Position numbers and translations under genes: made by a program. The notes under the pieces were generated by a model, which did no database searches, had not been told where the DNA came from, and saw only the letters and a list, made by a program, of their open reading frames with translations. A DNA stretch of 36,617 bases from a virus (lineage: Duplodnaviria; Caudoviricetes), in IMG/VR virus record IMGVR_UViG_3300032212_000081, positions 1 to 36,617 of that record. One strand, given 5' to 3'. This document shows, piece after piece, positions 7,889 through 15,868 of this stretch (the stretch's first letter is position 1; each line of letters begins with the position of its first letter).

Positions 7889-9274
7889 TTGGAATATCAA
7901 GAATTTATCAGCACAAAAAGCTATATCCCGAATAATGTCGGGTTTGTGGCTAATGAAATAAACAGCTATTTAAAGGATTTTCAGGGCGATATTGTTAATT
8001 GGGCTGTTAAGCGTGGACGGTCTGCTGCATTTGCGGATACAGGGCTAGGTAAAACGCTCATGCAGTTATCATGGGCTGAGGCGATACACTTCCATACTGG
8101 TAAGCCTGTTTTAATATTAGCGCCATTAGCAGTATCTAGGCAGACAATAGAAGAAGCTGAAAAATTTAGCATTATGCCGGTTAAATATATCCGCAATGAA
8201 TCAGAAATGACGGATTATGGTATTTATATCACTAACTATGAAATGCAGCAGTATTTTAATCCTGAAACATTCGCGGGCATCGTATTGGACGAATCAAGTA
8301 TTTTAAAAAACCAGATAGGCCGTACACGCATTGAGATCATTGATAGATGGTCAAAAGTAGACTATCGGTTATCGTGTACAGCAACACCAAGCCCGAATGA
8401 TTTTGTATAGCTAGGTAATCAGGCGGAATTTTTAGGCATTATGAAGATGTCAGAAATGCTATCAATGTTCTTTATCAATGATACTGGTGATACAGGTACT
8501 TGGAGGCTTAAAAAGCATGGAAAGGATAAGTTTTGGGAGTGGTTGGCAACGTGGGCTGTTGTTATCAGAAAGCCGTCTGATTTAGGCTATAGCAATGAAG
8601 GCTATGATCTGCCACCTCTTAATATTATTGAGCATGTTATTGAGTCGGAAACGATACCAGAAGGGGAGTTATTCGCAAAGCCAGCCCAATCCCTAACAGA
8701 ACGACGAAAAGCTAAAAAAGAAAGTATTGAGAAGCGGATAGATTTGGCGGCTGATCTGGTTAATAGCTCTGATGAATCATGGGTTATTTGGTGTCACTTA
8801 AATGACGAACAAGACTATATTGAAAAATGGGTTACAAAAGACTTAGTTAGTGTACGCGGCTCTGATTCGATTGAAAAAAAAGAAGATGGATTGCTAGGGT
8901 TTACGCATGGTAAATATAAAAACATCGTAAGCAAGCCGTCAATAGCTGGTATGGGGTTAAATTGGCAACACGCTCACAATCAAGTATTCGTTGGTATTGA
9001 TGATAGCTTTGAGAAATTCTATCAAGCAATACGACGGCAATGGCGTTTTGGGCAGAATGAGCAAGTTAATGTTCATATTATTATTACTGATGTCGAGGGT
9101 CATGTTAAAGACAATTTAGAGCGTAAACAGCGACAACATGATGAGATGTCAGAGCAGATGGTTAAGCACATGCAAAAAATGATGCAAAAAGAGATAAGAG
9201 GCGCGGGAGTTGAGAAAACAAACTATTACCCAAGTGAAAAAATGATTATCCCTAGCTGGCTTTATAGTGCATAA
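7889..9274 (+). pseudogene. SF2 (SNF2/DEAD-like) helicase interrupted by a single in-frame TAG at 8408-8410
   Basis: DTGLGKT, LDESS, TATP in the first ORF; SIAGMGLNWQ and QAIRRQWRFGQ in the second; the frame is continuous: SPNDFV*LGNQAEFLGIMKM. Confidence 0.85.
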
Positions 9275-9333
9275 AAAATACTGATTAGTATTAGTTTATT
9301 AAAATAACGATAATAATCAAAAGGAGACATTAA

Positions 9334-10299
9334 ATGACAGATTGTATTGATAGTGAAGTAAATGACGATTACGCGATATATCACGGTGATTGTGTTGAGT
9401 TGATGAAAGGCATACCAGACAATAGCGTACATTTCTCGGTTTATTCGCCACCGTTCGCAAGCTTGTTTACTTATTCTAATTCAGACCGTGATATGGGTAA
9501 TAGCAATACTCGCGGTGAATTTTGGCAGCATTATAAGTATCTAATTAAAGAGCATTACCGGACGCATATGGAAGGTCGTATTATTGCGGTACACTGTATG
9601 AATCTGCCAACCAGCAAAACGCATGACGGATTTATCGGGATTAATGACTTTCGTGGTGAGATTATCCGCGCTTTTCAGGAGGCCGGATTTATCTATCATT
9701 CTGAAGTTTGTATCTGGAAAGACCCTGTAGTCGCAATGCAGCGAACAAAAGCAATGGGCTTGCTTCATAAGACAATTGAAACTGATAGCTCAAAAAGCCG
9801 CCAAGGATTGCCTGATTATTTGGTGATGTTTAGAAAGCCTGATATTAATCCTGTACCAATTAAAGGCCGATTCAAGATTGAAGAATACGCGGGAGAGAAT
9901 GTGCCACAAGTAGCCAGCAACGCGCATAATGGCGAGGTAGAAAGGTGGAATAGTATTAACATTTGGCAGAACTACGCCAGCCCAGTTTGGTTTGATATCA
10001 ATCAATCAAACACCCTTCAATACCGTAATGCGAAAGATAAAAACGACGAAAAACATATATGTCCTTTGCAGCTTGACGTAATAGATAGAGCATTGCAGAT
10101 GTGGAGCCTTGAGGGTGAAACTGTATTAAGTCCATTCGGTGGTATTGGTTCAGAGGGTTATATGTCAGTTCTTAGAAAACGAAAGCCGGTATTATTTGAA
10201 TTAAAAGAATCTTACTTTGCAATACAAAAAGAAAATTTAAAACAGGCAATTACTGAACGTGATATGCCGGATTTATTCGACGAGGTAGAAAATGGATAA
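9334..10299 (+). CDS. DNA amino-methyltransferase (N4-C/N6-A, beta-type motif order)
   Basis: IYHGDC, catalytic YSPPF, HICPLQ, SAM-binding LSPFGGIGSEG. Confidence 0.92.
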   Translation: MTDCIDSEVNDDYAIYHGDCVELMKGIPDNSVHFSVYSPPFASLFTYSNSDRDMGNSNTRGEFWQHYKYLIKEHYRTHMEGRIIAVHCMNLPTSKTHDGFIGINDFRGEIIRAFQEAGFIYHSEVCIWKDPVVAMQRTKAMGLLHKTIETDSSKSRQGLPDYLVMFRKPDINPVPIKGRFKIEEYAGENVPQVASNAHNGEVERWNSINIWQNYASPVWFDINQSNTLQYRNAKDKNDEKHICPLQLDVIDRALQMWSLEGETVLSPFGGIGSEGYMSVLRKRKPVLFELKESYFAIQKENLKQAITERDMPDLFDEVENG

Positions 10300-10639
10300 C
10301 GACAGCTTACAAACACTATGCCATCGATTAGAACAATTCAGAGATGATCGGGACTGGGAGCAATTCCACTCACCTAAAAACCTGATTATGGCGATAAATG
10401 GTGAGGCGGGGGAGTTGGCTAGTCTGGTTCAATGGGCTAATAACTCAGGGATATTCACAGATATCAGATTGCAAAACGCGGTAACAAAGGAAATGGCAGA
10501 CGTATTTATCTACCTAATTAATCTAGCTAATGTACTGGAAATTGACTTAATTGAGGCGGCTAACTTAAAGATTGATGATAATGGTGTCAGATATCCTATC
10601 TCTAAGTTCAAGGGAATTTCGGATAAGGCGGGTAAGTAA
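10292..10639 (+). CDS. MazG-like nucleotide pyrophosphohydrolase
   Basis: FRDDRDWEQFHSPKNL..AI.GEAGEL, EMADVFIYL, K...N..RYP. Confidence 0.9.
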   Translation: MDNDSLQTLCHRLEQFRDDRDWEQFHSPKNLIMAINGEAGELASLVQWANNSGIFTDIRLQNAVTKEMADVFIYLINLANVLEIDLIEAANLKIDDNGVRYPISKFKGISDKAGK

Positions 10640-11001
10640 TGGGCAAAAAACTAGAAATAGCAAAGAACATACTCGATATTGACCACAGACAAAACGCAGG
10701 CGGGTTAAAACCTCTAAAGCTATGGTTAGGTTATATCGAGGGTATACCGTTTAAGCGCAGTTCGGCATGGTGGGTCACGTACAAAGTTAAGACAGAGCCA
10801 CCAACCACGCGAAAGATTAAGCCGTCATTAATAAGTAACCGGATGGCATGTGGGTCAGGCTGGACACAAGAGGAGGCAACAGGCGCGTATATTGGCGAAA
10901 GCTTGCGACAGTATCGGCAGAGACTACGCAGAAACGAGAAAAACAACTATGAGAAGATTAACGAATTATTTGATTTCTTCAACTACAGGCCGGTGATGTA
11001 A
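10639..11001 (+). CDS. Hypothetical protein
   Basis: TAATG coupling at both ends. Confidence 0.65.
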   Translation: MGKKLEIAKNILDIDHRQNAGGLKPLKLWLGYIEGIPFKRSSAWWVTYKVKTEPPTTRKIKPSLISNRMACGSGWTQEEATGAYIGESLRQYRQRLRRNEKNNYEKINELFDFFNYRPVM

Positions 11002-11207
11002 TGGAAATGAAGTGTCCGATAAAGGGCTGTAATGATGTATTTGCTCGTGATGATATGGTGCTTAATTCGCATCTTAGAAACAAGCATAAATGCAGCCATA
11101 ACCAGCGAATAAGATTAAGACTAAAGCACTGTCCACAAGATAGCGGCTTTAAAACTCAGAGCGTATCCGATGAGGAGCGCGAACTATCAAAAATGGCGGG
11201 GATTTAA
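11001..11207 (+). CDS. Small C2H2-like zinc-finger protein
   Basis: CPIKGC...F......L.SHLRNKH. Confidence 0.65.
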   Translation: MEMKCPIKGCNDVFARDDMVLNSHLRNKHKCSHNQRIRLRLKHCPQDSGFKTQSVSDEERELSKMAGI

Positions 11208-11208
11208 G

Positions 11209-11739
11209 ATGAGCAAAGAAACAGAGGTTGTTGAGTTTGCATTTGATAAGATGGAAAAGTATTTCGATGCGGCTAAAACTGTTATTGATCAGTATGGTGG
11301 AGACGTGGCAGAGCTTGGGCTAATGGCGTTAAGAATGGAAGCAGGTGGTGTTCTGATTAAGTCGTTGGTCGTATTTTGTCTATTTGTGTATATGGCAAAC
11401 AAGGCGTATAGAATGTCAATTCATGTTGATAATATTAGCTGCTGGGAGGCGATGATTAAAACGAAATATGACTTTGAAAAAAGAGATATTGTCGAGTATG
11501 CAACAGGGATTCGTATAGATTACGATATGAATATTACAAAAGACATGGAAGATGCATTAAAAAAGGAAAGATATATTAAGGATATTGAGTGGGATGAAAA
11601 AAGAATAACGTATACGATTGCCTCTGCGAGTTTCGGTCTTGTTTCTGTGCTTGCTGCAATGAAATTACTTAATATATGGTTATGGGTTGGATTGTTCTAT
11701 CCGCAACTATATGCGGTACATAAATTTATTTTAAATTAA
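11209..11739 (+). CDS. Membrane protein, hypothetical
   Basis: Start revised to ATG 11209; two or three hydrophobic segments. Confidence 0.7.
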   Translation: MSKETEVVEFAFDKMEKYFDAAKTVIDQYGGDVAELGLMALRMEAGGVLIKSLVVFCLFVYMANKAYRMSIHVDNISCWEAMIKTKYDFEKRDIVEYATGIRIDYDMNITKDMEDALKKERYIKDIEWDEKRITYTIASASFGLVSVLAAMKLLNIWLWVGLFYPQLYAVHKFILN

Positions 11740-11757
11740 TAACGAAGGAATACATCA

Positions 11758-12168
11758 ATGGCTAATGATTTAAACCAGTGTACATTTATAGGCAGGCTTG
11801 GCAGAGACCCAGAGTCAAAGGCTATGCCATCAGGAACAGAAGTATGTGATTTTAGTATCGCTGTCGGATGGAAGTCTAAAGACAAAGAGGGTGCGGAGTG
11901 GGTTAATATAACGGCCTTTGGAAAGCTTGCTGAAATCTGTACTCAGTATCTGAATAAAGGCTCACAGGTAATGATATCAGGGCGAATGAAAACAGAGTCA
12001 TGGGATAAAGAAGGCGTAACACACTACAAAACTAAGATTATCGCAGATAAGATGCAGATGTTAGGTGGTAAATCAGAAGGGGGCGCATCACAGCCTCAAA
12101 GTGCGCCACAGCCACAGCAGCAATCACCGGCTGATGACGATCCGTTTGGGGACTCAATACCGTTCTGA
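11758..12168 (+). CDS. ssb: Single-stranded DNA-binding protein
   Basis: LNQCTFIGRLGRDPE, FGKLAEIC.QYL.KGSQV, acidic tail ending DSIPF. Confidence 0.96.
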   Translation: MANDLNQCTFIGRLGRDPESKAMPSGTEVCDFSIAVGWKSKDKEGAEWVNITAFGKLAEICTQYLNKGSQVMISGRMKTESWDKEGVTHYKTKIIADKMQMLGGKSEGGASQPQSAPQPQQQSPADDDPFGDSIPF

Positions 12169-12178
12169 CAAAGAGTTC

Positions 12179-12233
12179 AGAGCCTATCCGGTAATTAAAC
12201 TAATACTTTAATTGGATGAGCCGGTTGGGTTCT
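12179..12233 (+). other. Long imperfect intergenic hairpin
   Basis: AGAGCCTATCCGG pairs with CCGGTTGGGTTCT; inner TAATTAAA/TTTAATTG stem. Confidence 0.5.
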
Positions 12234-12258
12234 AGCATTAACTAATAGGAGAGAAGAA

Positions 12259-12708
12259 ATGAAGATTGATGAATTTGATAAGCTAAGAGATTACGAAAAA
12301 AACAATGCACTCGAATCTATCGGTATAATTTACTGGGTTAAGAGAGCAATTATATCATTATTTATTATTGTGCTGGCATCATTAGGAGGGTGTCCGATGT
12401 ACAATGTCTGGGAGCAAGGATTAAAAGGTGAGGCCGAGCTTGCAAGAGCGGAGCAAAATAGGCAGATTTTAATTAATGAAGCGAAAGCAAAAAGCGACAG
12501 CGCAAAACACTGGGCTAATGCAGAAATAGAACGGGCTAAGGGTGCGGCAGAAGCAAATAACATAGTAGCCGAATCACTTGGCGGGTCTGAGGGTTATTTA
12601 AGATGGCTTTTTATTGAGAAGCTGGATGAAATAAAGGAAGGCCAGATTATATATCTACCTACAGAGGCTGGCATGCCAATACTGGAAGCTGGTAGGCATA
12701 TTAAGTGA
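12259..12708 (+). CDS. Conserved phage membrane protein with Ala-rich coiled coil (SPFH/band-7 C-terminal-like)
   Basis: TM helix, P.YNVW.Q...G.AELA.AE..RQI, IIYLPTEAGMPILEAGR. Confidence 0.8.
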   Translation: MKIDEFDKLRDYEKNNALESIGIIYWVKRAIISLFIIVLASLGGCPMYNVWEQGLKGEAELARAEQNRQILINEAKAKSDSAKHWANAEIERAKGAAEANNIVAESLGGSEGYLRWLFIEKLDEIKEGQIIYLPTEAGMPILEAGRHIK

Positions 12709-12714
12709 TATAAT
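12706..12714 (+). promoter_or_regulatory. Extended -10 promoter, candidate late promoter
   Basis: Consensus TGaTATAAT; predicted +1 (about 12720-12721) coincides with the first base of the downstream stem. Confidence 0.65.
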
Positions 12715-12720
12715 ATGCTA

Positions 12721-12801
12721 TAGCGTAAGACTGTCAAAAGTTCCTTGTTGAATCTGCGAAAGCATCCAAACAAGTGGTATAAGGCAGATGGTTTTACGCT
12801 A
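12721..12801 (+). ncRNA. Structured RNA: long bulged hairpin capped by a GAAA tetraloop
   Basis: TAGCGTAAGAC/GTTTTACGCTA 11-bp closing stem, CTTGTT/AACAAG, TGC-GAAA-GCA. Confidence 0.6.
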
Positions 12802-12809
12802 ATTTATAT

Positions 12810-12990
12810 GGTCAAGTGGCGGAATTGGTAGACGCTAATCAGATGAACGAGAGCCTTGATAGCACAGTTGGTATGAGGCAACGGCCTAAACTCCGTATAT
12901 CACCGGTTCGATTCCGGTCGGGCATTAAAACGAGGCGTTACTGCACGCCTATCGTCATCATTGCAGGTTCGAGTCCTGCCCTGACCACCA
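12810..12990 (+). ncRNA. tRNA-like RNA (Leu-type D arm, T arm, encoded CCA) with anticodon/variable region replaced by an ~125-nt structured insert
   Basis: Acceptor GGTCAAG/CCTGACC (6 of 7 pairs), D arm GCG-GAATTGGTAGA-CGC, T arm GCAGG-TTCGAGT-CCTGC, end A-CCA. Confidence 0.85.
12853..12924 (+). tRNA. Nested degenerate tRNA-like element (anticodon not assignable)
   Basis: GCCTTG/CGGGC acceptor-like pairing, AGTTGGTA D-loop, ACGG-CCTAAACT-CCGT arm, perfect T arm ACCGG-TTCGATT-CCGGT; no CCA. Confidence 0.7.
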
Positions 12991-13009
12991 ATTAACAAAG
13001 AGACAGATA

Positions 13010-13351
13010 ATGAAGTTAGGCGAAAAACAAGAATTATTTATGCAACTATTGCCAGCCCTGATCAATAAGGCGCATGAGCTTGGCTATAAGATCAGAGGGG
13101 GCGATTTATTCCGTGACCCTCGCGTGCATGGCCATTTAGGTGAAAAAGTTGCATACGGCCACAAGAATTCAGCGCATAAACTAAAAATAGCTATTGATCT
13201 AAATCTATTCAAAGATGGCGAGTTTATGGCTGAAACAGAAGATCATAAGCAGCTTGGAGTATGGTGGGAATCGTTACACCCATTATGCAGATGGGGCGGC
13301 AGGTTCAATGATGGCAATCATTATTCATTGGAGCATAACGGGAACAAGTAG
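13010..13351 (+). CDS. Endolysin, peptidase M15 family
   Basis: SAHKLKIAIDL Zn-binding motif, RWGGRFNDGNHYS. Confidence 0.9.
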   Translation: MKLGEKQELFMQLLPALINKAHELGYKIRGGDLFRDPRVHGHLGEKVAYGHKNSAHKLKIAIDLNLFKDGEFMAETEDHKQLGVWWESLHPLCRWGGRFNDGNHYSLEHNGNK

Positions 13352-13392
13352 CAATCTAAGTTTTTAATGTAGTAGCAATACGGAGAAGCATT

Positions 13393-13596
13393 ATGAATAC
13401 AGATCAACCAATAGACGCATGGGCTTTTGATGCAACAAAACCAGAAGGCAGCAAGCCAGAGCCAGAGGTTTTTATACCCTGGTACATGCAATCACAACAA
13501 GACCACAGATTCGAAATAAACCACAATTCACAATACCTCAAAGAACATGGTAAACTACCTGAAACCGCTAGTTATTACGGAATACCAACAAAATAG
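13393..13596 (+). CDS. Hypothetical protein
   Basis: GGAGA RBS; lies within the lysis region. Confidence 0.6.
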   Translation: MNTDQPIDAWAFDATKPEGSKPEPEVFIPWYMQSQQDHRFEINHNSQYLKEHGKLPETASYYGIPTK

Positions 13597-13614
13597 CACA
13601 GGTAGGGCGCTGCT

Positions 13615-14016
13615 GTGACAAAAAAACCAAAAGAATCAAAGTTTCACGAACAGGCTAAAAAATGGGTATGGAGTATCTTTCTGTCGCTTTCGTCTTTATT
13701 GATGATAGCAGCATTAACCAAATACCCGCAGATTGAACAGAATAGGATAGATAACGTCAGGCAAGATAAGAGTGTAAAAGAGCTATCTGACGATCTTTTA
13801 TCCTACCGAGAAGAATATCTAAAAGTATTGACCGAAATACTAACAACTACCAAAATAATGAAAGTGCAGAGGGATGATAGCCTCGTTATGCAAAAAGAAA
13901 CCCTCAAAATAATGCGGCAAACAAGAGAAACACAGATAGGGCGCACCACAAAGGTCGATGCAGTGCCAAAAATCATAGATAAACTCAACGAACACCTACA
14001 AAATGGTAAGCACTAA
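13615..14016 (+). CDS. Single-pass membrane protein with coiled coil, probably lysis-associated
   Basis: TM WVWSIFLSLSSLLMIAAL; TAATG-coupled to the holin-like gene. Confidence 0.65.
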   Translation: MTKKPKESKFHEQAKKWVWSIFLSLSSLLMIAALTKYPQIEQNRIDNVRQDKSVKELSDDLLSYREEYLKVLTEILTTTKIMKVQRDDSLVMQKETLKIMRQTRETQIGRTTKVDAVPKIIDKLNEHLQNGKH

Positions 14017-14444
14017 TGAGCTGGTTTACTAATCTATTCACATCATCAAAAACCGTCGATAACGTCATGGATAAGGATAACGGCCTGCTTTCTCAGGTAG
14101 GCGGATGGGTTGGCAATATGCAATTCACGGAAGAAGAACAAGCTAAAATGAATTTAAAGATGGCTGATAGCGTGGCTGACTTCGTGAAAATGACGCTATC
14201 CGAGAACACAGAGCGAAGCAAAACCCGCAGATCAGTGGCGGTACTCTGGATAAGAGTTCAATTATTTATGTTGCTGATTGTCATGGCTGTAGCGCCTTTT
14301 GATATGGAGCTGGCTAAATTCTATATATCAATTGCATTTGGCACATTAATGATCAGCGGCACACTAGCAATCATAGCCTTCTTTTTCGGGGCGCATATGT
14401 TAAGCAATCATATCGGTATCGGTAAAAAACAGGATAAGCAATAA
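14016..14444 (+). CDS. Holin-like protein (3TM gene-transfer-release type)
   Basis: FTEEEQAK, SKTRRSVA followed by two TM helices ending IIAFFFG; lysis context. Confidence 0.7.
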   Translation: MSWFTNLFTSSKTVDNVMDKDNGLLSQVGGWVGNMQFTEEEQAKMNLKMADSVADFVKMTLSENTERSKTRRSVAVLWIRVQLFMLLIVMAVAPFDMELAKFYISIAFGTLMISGTLAIIAFFFGAHMLSNHIGIGKKQDKQ

Positions 14445-15038
14445 ATGATTAGCCCAATAGATGCATCAAGCTACCGTCATATAGGCAGGGGTTATGATAC
14501 TGAGATTGGTGATTCTCTGGATGTGTCATTTCAGCCTCAAGTAAAAGTTAAGCTATGGGATAATGAATCCAATTTTTCTATGCGTTTATTGAATTTTGGT
14601 GTTGGTAGTCATAATTTTGATGGATCAAGGGTGCAATGGGCTGGTAATAACGCTTCATGTGAGTTTATAAATAGTGGTGACGGCTTCGAGTTCTATATTG
14701 ATCTAATTAGCAAGCCAGCAACCAACCAGCTTAGATTCTCTTTAGAAACAAAGAATATAGTAGTATTTAAGCAGCCAGAATTAACACCGGAAGAAATAGC
14801 TGATGGTGCTTTTAGGCCGGATAATGTCATCAATTCTTACGCGGTTTATCATTCAGCAAAAAACAACAATGAATATCAAACTGGAAAAATACTCCACTTA
14901 TACCGCCCAAAGGCAACGGACGCGAATAGCAATTCGGTTTGGTGTGATCAAGATATCAATGTACCTGTAAGAACAAAAGTAATCACTATTCCGCAGTCAT
15001 TTTTAGATACTGCGGTCTATCCGGTAAGAATTAGCTAA
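14445..15038 (+). CDS. Beta-rich protein, first gene of a putative virion-appendage cassette
   Basis: FQPQVKVKLWDNE.NFS, QPELT.EEI..G..RPDNV..SYAVYH, GK..H.YRPK..DA, FLDTAVYPVRI. Confidence 0.75.
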   Translation: MISPIDASSYRHIGRGYDTEIGDSLDVSFQPQVKVKLWDNESNFSMRLLNFGVGSHNFDGSRVQWAGNNASCEFINSGDGFEFYIDLISKPATNQLRFSLETKNIVVFKQPELTPEEIADGAFRPDNVINSYAVYHSAKNNNEYQTGKILHLYRPKATDANSNSVWCDQDINVPVRTKVITIPQSFLDTAVYPVRIS

Positions 15039-15868
15039 TGCCTACGTTTGGATATACATCAGCACCAGCGACAAGCCAGACAAACGGCTCCCCTTTTGGT
15101 TATTGCGATATGGGCGGCACTTATGTTGCTAGTTCGGGCGATCAGCTCGATTCTGTATCGTGTTATTGTAAAGCCACGTCAGGTACACGTAATTCGGAAG
15201 TTGCTGTTTATGATGTATCGGGTAGTGCGCCTAACGCTAGGCTTGCATTAGGTAACATAACAGCGGACACAACAGCGCAATGGCAAACTGCAACAGGTTT
15301 AGCTACTGCAATGGTGGCAAGTACAGAATATACACCTTCTTTTTGGAATAGTGGCAGCGCTATATTCACGTATTACTACGATTCTGGCTCTGCTGGTGAT
15401 GCGAGCTATGACGCGGATACAACGGGTGGATTGCCAGCGACATTCACACAAGAAAGCACATTGTCGAGACGTTATGGCGTATACGGTACTTATTCTACAT
15501 CGGGTGACACAACAGCCCCGATACTATCAAGCCCTACAGGTACAAAGACAGGCAGCACAACGGCCAGTGGTACGGTAACAACCGACGAAGGCAACGGAAC
15601 GCTTTATTTTACGGCTACAACTAACACCAGTGAGACAGCCGCAACGATTAAAACAGGATCAAGCCAAGCGGTAACAGCTACAGGTAGTCAGGCGGTAAGC
15701 TTTACAGGCCTAACGCCTTCAACAACTTACTACGCGCATTATGTTCACGATGACGCAGCAACGAATGAATCGAATGTTGTATCCAGTGCTAGTTTCACGA
15801 CTGACGCGGCATCTAGCTTTAACCCAGCATGGGCGTATAATACAAGTAAATTAATAGGCGGCATGTAA
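15038..15868 (+). CDS. Thr/Ser-rich putative virion protein with a fibronectin-III-like domain
   Basis: DTTAPILS...FTGLTPSTTYYAHYV.DDAA.NESNV..ASFTT FN3 pattern. Confidence 0.75.
   Translation: MPTFGYTSAPATSQTNGSPFGYCDMGGTYVASSGDQLDSVSCYCKATSGTRNSEVAVYDVSGSAPNARLALGNITADTTAQWQTATGLATAMVASTEYTPSFWNSGSAIFTYYYDSGSAGDASYDADTTGGLPATFTQESTLSRRYGVYGTYSTSGDTTAPILSSPTGTKTGSTTASGTVTTDEGNGTLYFTATTNTSETAATIKTGSSQAVTATGSQAVSFTGLTPSTTYYAHYVHDDAATNESNVVSSASFTTDAASSFNPAWAYNTSKLIGGM

Noticed and set aside
12881-12896. Bona fide amber suppressor tRNA
   Set aside because: CTA is in an 8-nt loop on a 4-bp stem without the canonical U33 placement; the D and acceptor stems are degenerate and there is no CCA. Kept only as speculation.
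12836-12962. Group I intron in a tRNA-Leu, or a tmRNA
   Set aside because: The insert is only about 125 nt with no recognisable catalytic core. Removing it does not rebuild a paired anticodon arm. A D stem is present and no tag reading frame is seen.
12960-12990. attP/att site from a tRNA 3' end
   Set aside because: No integrase in the window, no second copy seen, and the matching 5' half of the tRNA shell is present.
13615-14016. Rz/Rz1 spanin pair
   Set aside because: The TM plus coiled coil is compatible with an i-spanin, but no embedded or adjacent lipoprotein ORF was found.
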